Assembly (NCBI GenBank): GCA_043228905.1
Contig: JBHGNT010000012.1
Coordinates: forward strand, 2,852,001-2,916,000
DNA from: Azolla caroliniana
Lineage: Eukaryota; Plantae; Polypodiophyta
Direction: 5' to 3'
DNA: 64,000 nucleotides
Shown: positions 13,056 through 25,032 of the stretch, one piece after another
Numbering within the stretch: position 1 is the first letter of the stretch
Layout of the letters: each line of letters begins with the position of its first letter
Notes under the pieces: model-generated
Told to the model about the DNA's origin: nothing
Databases searched by the model: none
What the model saw: the letters and a program-made list of their open reading frames with translations, nothing else
Made by a program: the position numbers and the translations under genes

Positions 13056-13260
13056 CGCATGTGGACACAAAATGTAGGACATCTTTGTACATGCTTGGCC
13101 ACCAATACTTCTGCTTCAGCTTTTTGGATAGCATGTCAACCATGGCATTGTTCTTTCCGCATGTGGACACAAAATGTAGGACATCTTTGTACATGCTTGG
13201 CCACCAATACTTCTGCTTCAGCTTTTCGGATAGCATGTCAGCCATGGCATTGTTCTTTCC
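13056..13260 (-). repeat. 102-bp in-frame tandem duplication in pol
   Basis: cgcatgtggacac at 13056 and 13158; translates to two near-identical copies of GKNNAMADMLSEKLKQKYWWPSMYKDVLHFVSTC. Confidence 0.9.
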
Positions 13261-16200
13261 TGCCATGTGGTGGATCTCTGGGTTCAAAGACTTGATATAA
13301 GCGATCCACCTTAGCATAGCTAGATCTAGTGTCGCACATCTTGAGATCATCCCAAGGATTGGGAGACAATCCATCTCAATTATCACTTCTGACCCGATCA
13401 AGTAGTCCTTGTCTACCTTCACCATAGACATGATACCCTAGAGTTCCCGCTTGACTTGTGCGTATCCTAGTTGTCGTTCACTAAGGACCTTTGCTCCAAA
13501 CCGGATGGTGTACCGTGTGTTATCTTCTCCTTCCTGGTTGATGACCTATCCAATTCTGGTTGGGCTCGTATCCACAGTCACATAAATCGGCTTTCCTTTG
13601 GTATAGTCGGCCTTTCGTAGTGTTGGAGCTTTAAGAAGTAGTTTCTCAATCGTCAAATTGCATTTGTATGCTCCTCTTGCCATTCGAACTTCTTCCTTTT
13701 CTTTAGCAATCCATATAATGGCTCAGTGACATGACCATAGTGCGAAATCCAGATATGATCAAAGACACACGCTCCCAAGAATCTTCGCACCTCTGTCTCG
13801 GATATACATTCTTCCTTCATCTCTTGGATAGCATCCACTTTGGTTGTAGACGATTTCCAGCCATATGCTCCACACAAGTGTCCTATTACCAATACTTCTG
13901 GTTGCCCAAATGCGGACTTCTCTCCCGAAAGTGTGAGGTTTGCGTCTTCTAGTTTCTGCAATACCTTCTCACAAACTTTAATGTGTTCTATCACAAATCG
14001 TCGACAGTCGGCCTCATCCTTTGATTCATCTTTTTCTTCTTCCAAAGAACCCTTGATTGGTATGTCATCCAAAAATGGCATCTTTATCTCGGGAATGCAA
14101 TCTCTTAGTACTTTATTCATTGCATTTACCATGTGTGCTACAGAGTTGGTTGCAGCTTGACGTTGTCGCGATATTCCGCGAGTACGTGTAGGATCCAAGG
14201 TGGGACCACGAGGGTCTTGGACTAAGGAGTAAAAGAGAAGGAATAAGACACGAGATAGGAGCTTAGCTCAAGAGGAGAAGAGGAAGAATAGCACATAAAC
14301 ATAGAATAGAATAGAATCAAGATACACCCACAAGGCAAGAAGATCAACAAGCTATATTAAGAGTTCACAAAAGATTACAACCAAGGCCGCATAGGCCGCA
14401 CCAAACGGTATAACAAAACCCTAACCCGATAAGCAAGTAAAGAAGATGAAGAAGAAAACCCTAAACGAAACCCTAACCCTAAAGCGGTAAGAACTCTCGA
14501 CTAAGTGGTATACCTCTCGTACACAAGATAGGCAACCCTAATGAGCCCCTCTCGACCTTTTTTTTATAGCTAAAAAAGGAAAGAGTTCCCCATGTCGTCC
14601 CTTCAATACAAAAGGAATAAAATTCCTTAAATCACGTTGCACCGTCTACTTGGATTCGAACCATGTACCTCAAGTTAGGGGATAGTATATACATCTATCC
14701 ACTAGCCCTTTCACTTCCTATTATTTATATAATAAGTAAACATCTAGAAAACCATACTCTCTCTCCTCCCTACTTTTCACCTCTCCTCTTTCTTACTTTT
14801 TACACGAAACCCTATACCTCCTTTTCACCCTTCCTTTTCCCTTTTCTTTTGTATGTGCACAACTAATTGCCTTCGTGTGCACACAATTTGCACATGCACA
14901 TTTTGAGCCCCCTTTCGCCGGTTTTTCCCACACTCGAGCACGCCACATCACGACATCCACCCCCACCAAACCGCACATCCTCTGGCATGTGCCATGAAAA
15001 GAGCGTGATTGGCGAGGTTGAAGGTAGTCTAACCTTGAGTCCTTTGTTCCTTGTGCCTCGCTCGCGCCATTCTTGGTCCTCCATTTCGAACACGTCCATT
15101 CTTTCCACATAAACCATCGTCCCCATCCGATCAACCATATCCGTCGCCCGTACTTTCCACCACGACCAAATGTCATGGGCTTGACCACTTCCCCCGAGTA
15201 TAACCCTTCGTGCACCGCACATGTGCCACCTTCGTTCCGACCATCCCCTTGGTCAAGGCACTTCCACCATGCTTCTTTCTTTCCCCTTTCATGCTTGACT
15301 TCACGAAGCCACATTTGAACCTCGATGTTGATTACTCCATGTAGCATTTTCTTAATGTACATGCTCACCTTTAGGTCCTTAGACGACCACATCGCATGCT
15401 TCCCATTTTGTCCACCATTGTGATTAACCCTCAAGCTTGAGTTGACCTTTGTGCCTCCGACCTTCACATTAGTGTGCTCCATCACATTAGAAGTTGTGAT
15501 CACCTCCCGAGGAACACCCTTCGAATCCACCCGAACCGCTTGACCCTCATTGTCCTTTGTTGTGCTTTGTTCGACATCTTTGTCATACACGCTAGCTTCG
15601 ACCTTCACTCCCTCACCACCACCTTTCGTTTCTTGGGTCTCGCATTGGATCCCAAGAAGAATTACCCAAGTCTCTAGAACTAGTTGAGAGGATGACTTGA
15701 CACCACCATACACCACGGACTCACCCATAGCCACCTTTGTCTCGATGTCGCTATTCGTGGTTATCTCTCCAACCGCATAGGCGTCACACTCTTTGTCATC
15801 CTCGAACATGAAAGCTTGGCTTAGGCTTGCTTCTTCACCACTTGATGTCTCGAACACATCACGTGTTTCGAAACACTCGTCCACCTCATAATTGTTGGGA
15901 GACAGGTCCCTCCGGATGGGAAGGGAGAAGAACAGTGCTGATGAACAAACTCGGCCGAGGCCGATAGACCGAGGCCGAAACCGGATGAGGAGTACCCGGA
16001 TACGGAGAGCCGGATGGTGCAGACCCGGCTACGGAGAACCGGATGGTACAGACCTGGTGAAGAACCGGATGAGGAGTACCCGGCTACAGAGAGCCGGATG
16101 GTACAGACCCGGTGAAGAATGCTCTCCGGATGAAGAGACATATTTGTAAATATGTTTCTGAGAGTCCATCGTGGCTATATTTGTAAATAGCCGAAAAGTC

Positions 16201-19200
16201 ATATTAGTATAAATATGACTTAGGGCAAACCTTTAAAGGTCTTCGTCGTCGTCGTTGTTGTTATTCTTGTGCGTGCAAGAATAGAGTGAGTGCATAATAG
16301 TGTACAGAGAGAGAGAGAGCAAGAGGTCGTTGCCTCTGTTGTAACCGCCGCCTGTGGCGAGGATCGTGAGCACGAGGTCGTTGCCTCCGTAAACTCACTG
16401 TTGTACATTCTAGCATAGTGATAGTTTGCAGCCTGTGGGCTGCCGTGGTTTTTCCCTCCTTGGGTTTTCCACGTAAACATCCTGTGTACTCTTCTCCTCT
16501 TTGTGTCGTGCTTTCATCGCCCGTTTTCTGTGTATGAATCTAAGCTTGGTTGTGGCTGAGCATTGCGTATAGGGGAGCGTCTAGTTCCTGTCAAGTGGTA
16601 TCAGAGCAAAACAACACAGAAAATGGACGATTCATTGGAAGGCATGTTCAAGCTCACCGGCTCCAACTATTCGGTGTGGAAGTCGAAGATGAGGGACATG
16701 CTCGTGGTTAAAGACCTCTGTCGGTTTAGTTCGGAGACAAGAGACCGGACAAAATCGACACCGCGATATGGGAGGTGATGCACATGAAGACAACGGCGTA
16801 CATACGGTGCTTCATCGACATGAGCCTGTACAACAACTTCAATGAAGAGAGCAAGGCTCATGAGCTCTGGGAGAAGTTCGGCATAATGTTTCAAAACAAG
16901 AATGTTGTTAATCAGGTTTCAGTATTCCGGAAGCTAGTAAGACTCCGGTACCAAGATGGCTCCAGCATGGCGGAGCACATGAATGCCTTCCAGGGGCTGA
17001 TACACCAGGAAACATCATTGGAAGTACCTCTCGCCGACGAAGTACTAGCGCTACTCCTGCTCGGTTCCCTCCCGGATAGCTGGGAGACGTTGGTTGTCAC
17101 TTTGGGCAACGCCGGGCCCAAAGGAAAACGGTTATCCCTAGCAAGAGCGAAGTCGAGCCTGCTAGATGAGGAGGCGCGTCGAAAAGATAAGGATACGAGC
17201 TCCGACTCCAAAGCGCTCCTTACCGAATCGGAACGCGGAAGACATAGAAACCGTAGTCCCCAGAACCGGGAGAAGTCGGGGACACGATCAAAGTCAAGGG
17301 GGAGGCCTACTTGCTTCTATTGCGGCAAGCCAGGACACTTCCAGAAGAATTGTCGGCATTTCCGTAAAGACAAGGAAATCGACGGCACCGATTCGAAGCG
17401 GACACCGGACCGGAACGGTAAAGACCGTAGGGGACCGGACCGGAAGGGAACGACGGCAATCGCGGCAAGTGAAGAGGAGTTGATGCTCATCACCGAGGAG
17501 AGTGAGATAAACCTTGCCGGCGACGAGATGACCTGGGTGGTAGACTCCGGAGCGTCATTCCATTTTACCCCGGACCGGAAATGCTTGTCATCCTACTCAG
17601 CCGGTGATCACGGCTGTGTCCGGATGGGGAATGAAGGTACATGCCGAATTGTCGGCATAGGAGACGTGTGGCTCTCGACACCAACCGGATGCAAGTTGCT
17701 ACTGAGGGATGTCCGACACGTTCCGGAGGTTCGACTGAACCTAATATCAGCCGGTCAGCTAGATGATGAGGGCTACACGGGTAGCATCCGGAACGGTGTC
17801 ATGAAGTTCAGCTAAGGGAGCCTGATTGTGGCTCGGGCCCGGAAGGTAAACACACTGTACCTGATGAATGCCCGGTTATGCCCGGAAGAAGTGAACGTGG
17901 CATCCAACACTGCCGGTGAGCTGTGGCACAAGAGGCTGTGTCATATGAGCGAGAAGGGGATGAAGAGGCTTGCAGACGACAACCTCATTCCAGTGAAGAA
18001 CGTGCACCTAGAGAAGTGCACTGATTGTCTGGCCGGTAAGCAGAACCGGACCTCCTTCCGACCAAGGCCACCGATGAGACGTAATTCACCACTGGAGTTG
18101 GTGCATACGGATGTGTGTCAAGTAGACACGAAGTCACATGCCGGAGCGCAATACTTCGTGACGTTCATAGATGACCACAGCCGGAAGTTGTGGGCCACAC
18201 CGTTGAAGGCGAAGGATCAGGTGTTATCCGTCTTCAAAGAGCTCCACGCGAGAGTGGAAAGAGAAACCGGCCGGAAGCTGAAGGCGGTTCGAGCAGATAA
18301 CGGAGGAGAATATCGGGGGCAATTCGAGGAGTACTGCCGCTCGAAGGGAATCCAGCTTGAATTTACCGTGCCGAAGACGTGCATGTAGCTAAGGACCGGA
18401 GAGGAAAGTTAGATCCAAAGACCCGGCCATGCATATTCCTCGGTTATGGTGACGATGAGTTCGGCTACCGAGTGTGGGACCTGGTCGACAAGAAGGTATT
18501 CCGGAGTCGAGATATTATCTTCATGGAGAACAAGACGCTCGCCGACTGGGAGTCGGAGAAGAAGATAATGGACTCCGAGTCGACCGGTAAGGATCAACTC
18601 TACGATGAGCAGACCCAACCGGCAAGAGACCGGTTAGCACTCGAGGGACCAGACGGTTACGGTGAGGATACCGAACGGGCTGAAGAAGAAGTAGAGGAAG
18701 CTAAAACCGGAACCGGCCAAGACCCCGAATCGGATTCGGATGAAGAGCAGATGGATGAGCCGGTCACCGAAGCCCAGAGACGGAGATATCCTCTCAGAGA
18801 GAGAAGGCCCCCCCGGAGATTTCCGGATGTAGATCATGTTCTGCTGACCGATGAGGGGGAGCCGGAAAGCTTCGAAGAAGCGAAGGAAGACACCCACAGC
18901 CGAAAATGGTTAAGTGCCATGCAGGATGAGATGGATTCCCTGCATGAGAACCATACGTACGAATTGGTGGAGTTGCCGAAAGGAAAGCGGGCACTCCGAA
19001 ACAAGTGGGTGTACAAGTTGAAACCGGGAGATGTCGGCAACCCCCCGAGATACAAAGCCAGGATCATGGTGAAGGGGTTCCAGCAGAAGAAGGGCGTGGA
19101 CTTCGACGAGATATTTGCCCCGGTAGTAAAGATGACCTCCATCCGGACGGTGCTGAGTATAGCGGCAAGCATGGACCACGAGGTAGAGCAGTTAGACGTG

Positions 19201-20232
19201 AAGACGGCATTCCTTCACGGTGACCTCGAAGAAGAGATCTACATGCAGCAACCGGAAGGATTCGTGGAGAAAGGGAAGGAGCACCTGGTTTGCCGGTTGA
19301 AGAAGAGCCTCTACGGGTTAAAGCAGGCCCCCCGGCAATGGTACCGGAAGTTCGACTCCTTCATGACCGATCAAGGGTACCACAAGACACAGGCCGATCA
19401 CTACGTGTTTGTGAAGAAGTTTGAAGGAGGCGACCTCCTGATACTCCTTCTGTACATGGACGACATGTTGATCGTCGGACGGGACCAAGTCAAAATACGG
19501 ATGCTGAAGAAGGCTCTCAACCGGACCTTCTCAATGAAAGACTTGGGTCCGGCAAGACAGATGTTGGGGATGCATATTATCCGGAACCGGTCAGCGAAGC
19601 AATTATGGCTGGCACAGGAGAAGTACGTGACAAAGGTGCTTCACCGGTTCAACATGTCAGATGCGAAACCGGTCGGATCGACACTTCCGGCAAACTACAG
19701 GTTATCCGGTAAGCAAAGCCCGAAGACAAAAGCAGAGAAGGCGGATATGAGGAAGATTCCATATGCGTCTGCCGTTGGGAGCTTAATGTACGCAATGGTG
19801 TGTACCCGATCGGATATAGGATACGCAGTTGGAGTGGTGAGCCGGTTCATGAGCAATCCCGACAAGTGTCAGGAATAGTACTAAAACAGAGATGGAATTA
19901 GTACTAAAGAACAGTAGTACTATTAGTACTAAGAGAACGGGACTGCGTAAGATTCCCGAGAGAGGAAGTGAGAAGAGGAGAGAGAGAGATAACGAGAATG
20001 AGAGAGAGAGAGATGATGACAGCAGCTAATATATGATGTGAAAAGATAAGTACAAGCGGCTAAGAGGCTTAAGACTGGCATTGAACCAATTTGGTTCAAA
20101 AAAATGCCTTGTGCCTCCTTTTATAGTGTTTTTAGGAATAATCCTGAAGCTTCTAGAATGTTCCAAAGAGATTTGGAATATACATCAATTTTCTATGATA
20201 AAGTATAAATGAAAATAATATCCTACAAAATA

Positions 20233-20300
20233 CAATTCATAGTCTAATGGTAAGATCTCGACCCATGTAGCATAAAGTCATGGGTTCGAGTCTTGCCATA
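20233..20300 (+). other. tRNA-like A/B-box cassette in chromovirus U3 (second copy about 25467-25534)
   Basis: A-box TAGTCTAATGG at 20240, D-stem gtct/agat, B-box GGTTCGAGTC at 20283-20292. Confidence 0.65.
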
Positions 20301-20319
20301 TCATGACACTATCTCCCCC

Positions 20320-23300
20320 TTAAAGACGACGAGTGGAACGAGTCGGCGTTAATTGCGGACCGGGTTTGTCCGGATACTTTCGGTGGAAATCAGCAAGAAG
20401 ATCTTGTGCATTGGCAACATTCTCGACGGGGTTCCCAAGTACGTTCGCTCGGACTATAACCGAGCCAATCGACCAAGTAATAAAGTTTGTTGCGAACAAG
20501 TTTGGAATCGAGGATGGCAACAACTTCATACTCCGGGCCGACGTCCAACTCCAGCAGGGGCGGCGGCGGTGTCACACGATCGGGAATGGTGTTTGCTTTA
20601 TAAGGTTCAAGAAGAGAACAATGGAAAACCGGATGTATCTGAAGCTGCGGAGGGAGATCAAGGCGGAAGGTGACATCATTAATCTTCCCCATAATACGGA
20701 AAGGACCGAGTCGTCGATAATCCAACTTGTCGCACGGTCGAGTAGTCTTGATGTGACGACGTAAGAGCCATACTCAATCTCCGATGGCAAAAGAGGAGGG
20801 AATCCGATGACGATCTGCATAAGTCTTCTGTGTGTGTTGAGCATGACGAAGGTGAGTAGAGAGATCCATCTAGATCTTGCGTAGCCTCTCCAAATGGTCC
20901 TCGGCACGAGGGTTGGTAGGTAGCTCCGGAGTGTCGATCACCGACCAGCGAGGATGGAAACTGGTATAAGCGAAAAATGGGGAGACTCGAGTCGAGGAGT
21001 GAATAGCATTATTATACGCAAACTCCGCAAAGTGGAGAATCTCGGCCCAATCGTCCTGTTGATAACTCAGGAAACACCGGAGATATTGCTCCAACGTTTG
21101 GTTTGTTCGTTCCGCCTGTCCGTCGGTCTAAGGATGGTAGCCAGAGGAGAGGTTGCAGGAGACCTTGAGCATCCTGAATAGATGCTGCCAAAATTTGGAG
21201 ACAAATTGCGGGCCTCGGTCACTGATAATACTGTCTGGGAGGCCATGATGCCGAAATACCTCACGCATAACAAGAGCGGCGGTTTCCTCGCTAGTGATGG
21301 CTTTAGTACATGGCACAAAATGTGCCATCTTCGTATATCGATCGACGACGGTTAGGATAGCATCGAACCCCTTCGAGACCAGCAGATCTGTGATAAAATC
21401 AAGACAAATAGACTGCCATGGCTTACTTGGAATTGATAAAGGTTCCAACAAGCCATATGGATGGTGTTGTGGCATCTTTGCTCAGCAGCAAGCATCACAG
21501 GTCCGAACGTAGTCGTCGACAAAACGGCGCATGTGGGGCCACCAAAAAGATCGTTGCACTAACTCCAACGTCTTGGTACTACCAAAATGTCCCGCCGTAT
21601 GGGTGTCGTGACAATGTTGGACGATTTGAAGGCGACAAGAGCAATCGGGGACATATACGCGCTTTTTAAAGAATAACAAACCATCATGATATTCGAATTG
21701 TCGGTAGTCAATACCTGGTTGTTGAGACTGAGAACAGGATGCCCGAGAAGTATCAATGTGCGCCAGGATGTCTTGAGCAAAACTATCCGTCTTCAAGGTT
21801 GCACGTATGTCATCGGTAATCCGTGAATCCATCGGGGTGTGAAAAATCCGCGTCGTGTGCAATCGTGTTGGTCCCAAGATTAGTTGCTTTTGATTATCAA
21901 ATGTTGCGTCGCCAGGACGAGGTGCAAGATATGAACGCCGTGATAGTGCATCTGCTTTTCCTTGCTGCTTCCCCGGTCGATATGTGATTTCGAAGTCGAA
22001 ACGCGTGAGGAATTGCGCCCACCGAGCTTGCCGTCAATTTAGTACGCGAGCGTTCTGAAAATAAGCAAGATTTTTATGATCGCTAAAGACAATGACCTGA
22101 TGTGGAGAGCCCTCTAAGAAATGCCGCCATTGTACAAATGAATCCACGATGGCTAATAACTCCTTGTCATGTATTTCGTAGTTGATTTCTGCGACATTAA
22201 ATTTGCGCGAATGGAAAGCCACCGGATGCAACTCTTCTTTATCGCCTTGTTGAGAAAGGATGCTACCGAGGGCGAAATCTGATGCGTCGGCCTCCATGAT
22301 GAATGGTTTGCTTGTATCCACATGAGCTAGAATCGGTGCTGATGTAAAGGCTTTCTTAAGATGCCGAAAAGCCATATCTGCTTCGATGGACCAAAGAAAT
22401 GTTTGGCCCTTCTTCGTAAGTTGTGTGAGAGGTAAAATAATCTTCGAGTAATCCTGTATAAACTTACGGTAGAAGTTAGCAAAACCTAGAAAACATTGTA
22501 CATCTCGTACCGACCGTGGAATTTGCCACTCTAGTACAGTTTGGATTTTAGCTGGATCCATGGCGATGCCCTTTGAGGAGATGACGTAGCCTAGAAATTC
22601 CACTTGCTTGCAGTCAAAGCTACATTTTTCTAGCTTGGCATAAAGACCATTCTCGCGGAGTCGCTTTAGTACTAATAGTACATGAGAATTGTGCTCTTCC
22701 TGGGTCTTCGAATAAATCAACAGATCATCCAGATAAATGATCAAACAGATATCCAAGAGGTCTCTGAATATATCATTTGCCATGTGTTGGAAGACTGCGG
22801 GTGCATTGGTTAGGCCAAACGGCATAACAATATACTCGAAATGCCCATACCGCGTGCGAAAAGCGGTCTTCCACTCATCTCCCGGTCGAATCCGCACGAG
22901 ATTATACGCTCCTCGTAGGTCGATTTTAGTAAAAAATTTGGCACCATTAACTCGCTCTAAAAGACTTGATATAAGAGGAAGTGCATACCTATTCCGGATG
23001 GTGACTTTATTTAATCCGCGGTAATCAATGACAAGACGAAGTGAGCCATCTTTCTTCTTGACAAAGAAGATGGGTGCACCGGCCGAAGATTTCGAATGAC
23101 GGATGAACCCGCTTGCCAAGTTCTCCTCTATGTAGGCTCGAAGGACTTCTACTCGGTGGGTGACAAGTTGTAAATTGGTCCCCATGGTGGTTCGGTTCCT
23201 GGTTGTAAATCGATGGGACAGTCATAGGGACGGTGATGAGGAAGGGTACCGGCTTTTACCTTGTCAAATACATCGGCATAAGGATGATATTTTGCCGGAA

Positions 23301-23892
23301 GTTGTATTGAGGAGTCCTTCTTAATAGTGCTAGAAGGATGTACTGATATGGAAAATAGGAACATTGCCTCCTTGGGTTCTTCTTCGCGTAGTTGATGGAG
23401 TGAAATGGTCGAAACTCGGTGAGTTGATTCTTGGGGTGGTCGATATCGGACTTCTCTTGTTCTCCAATCTATGGCTGGATTATGTAATTCAAGCCAAGGT
23501 AATCCTAGGACAATGGGATGCTCTGGACTACAAATTATATTAAATGATATTATACACACAAAACTACCTAGGACAACTTGAATGGGTTCTGATTCTTCTA
23601 CAATATTCCCGGAAGCAATGGGACGACCATCAATGACCACTACAGATGCGGGACAAGGAAGTTTTCTTAAGGATATCTGAGAAGCTTGGGCAAAATTTCG
23701 ATCCATGAAACAGGAATTAGCTCCGGAATCTAAAAGTGCTAGGACGGGTACTGGGGGAGTACTTTTAGTACTAACAATGACTTGGGCTAGGAACACATTG
23801 CTAACTTGCTTGGAAGGAATGGAACCACTAATGGGCTGTACAGATCTAGGGTTGTTGTCCAACCAAATGGCTCCTATTTTGGCTGGACTCAA
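20320..23892 (-). pseudogene. Chromovirus pol (PR-RT-RH-INT-chromodomain), several stops and frameshifts
   Basis: ORFs 23149..23892, 22034..23185, 21482..21877, 21128..21475, 20870..21094, 20390..20725 (EYEVVAILDSK..YYLVDWLGY..TWEP). Confidence 0.92.
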
Positions 23893-23901
23893 TCGTTTAA
23901 C
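23857..23901 (-). promoter_or_regulatory. -1 programmed ribosomal frameshift signal (slippery heptamer plus stem-loop)
   Basis: G TTA AAC just before the gag stop, 6-nt spacer, 11-bp stem gtccagccaaa/tttggttggac; pol opens in the -1 frame here. Confidence 0.75.
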
Positions 23902-25032
23902 TCTTCATCTAATTGACTAAGGATTTCAAATTTATTTGAGATACTTGGGCTATTAGTACTATGAATACTATCTGACACTCTATTAGTACTATTAATACTA
24001 TCAGACACTCCGAAGGGAAGAATTGACTCGGGTTTAATACAGGCGACGATTTGATTTACCTGTCTTCTTGGCCTATGGGGACAATTGATGGCGATATGTC
24101 CCGGTCCACCGCAATAAAGACATAATCGATTGGCACGTCGTCGTTGCTTTTCTTCTTCCGATAACGGGCCGCGTTGACGCATGGTATCGATCTCCATCGG
24201 TGTCGAAGTATTTGCTTGAGGTATGTCTCGTGCAAACGGTTTAGCCGCGATTGCGGCGTAAGTGGGCTCTGGCCTAGAGCGTGGTATCTGTAATTGACGT
24301 TCTGAACGCCGTTCAAAAAGGCGGTTGTCACATCGAACTGCTCGACTAATTGCCTCCGTAAGAGACTTTGGTTCTTCGGGGAAAGTTAGAAGTAGATCTT
24401 TGACATCGTTTCGCAAGCCATAGCGAAACTGCTCCATTAGTGCTTGATCATCCCAGGGTATATCTGAAGCAAGTAGGCGGAAATCCGCCGCGTAGGTAGA
24501 GGCTGGATGATCGCCTTGACGCAATCGCCGGATCTTGTTGATCGCCGTCCTGATGCTGTCGGTGTCTCCAAAGCAGGCTTTAAACTCACCAATAAAATCT
24601 TCAAAGTTATTAAGCAAGGGCGATTGTTTTTCTAGAAGCGGAGCGAACCATGCCAAGCAGCGTGCCTATTAGGCCGACTCGAGATGCATCAGTGGGATAT
24701 CGGGAAGGATGCATCTGGATGACTAAGCGTACCTGATTAAGGAATCCCCGGAATTGCGAACGCGTTCCATCAAATTTCACAGGAAGTCCAATCTTGGGAT
24801 CTTTATGAAATCCTTGGGGACTGGATCCTTGTTGTTGCAACGCTACTTCGAGTTGTTGTACCCGTAACGCTAACTCCCCATGTTGTTGTTGCGTTTGTTG
24901 TTTTTCTAGAGCGATTTGTTGCAAATCCCCTATCAGCCGTTGGTTTTCTTGTTCCAGGGCAACAAACTTTCTTTTTAGGCACTATAGCTCGGAGAAAACG
25001 GATTGGTATTCTTGGGCGCTAACAGTAGCCAT
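23889..25032 (-). pseudogene. Chromovirus gag (PEG10/sushi-like) with CCHC knuckle
   Basis: KFDGTRSQFRGFLNQ, LRQG, CLYCGGPGHIAINCP; early TAG near 24984 and a frameshift near 24656. Confidence 0.9.

Noticed and set aside
14455-14485. Interstitial telomere (AAACCCT repeats; also about 3500-3575 and 50760)
   Set aside because: Only 1-2 consecutive units, telo-box-like motifs within LTRs or an intron.
20233-20300. Functional tRNA genes in the chromovirus LTRs
   Set aside because: No proper anticodon arm, and family 1 lacks an acceptor stem. Reported as tRNA-like cassettes only.
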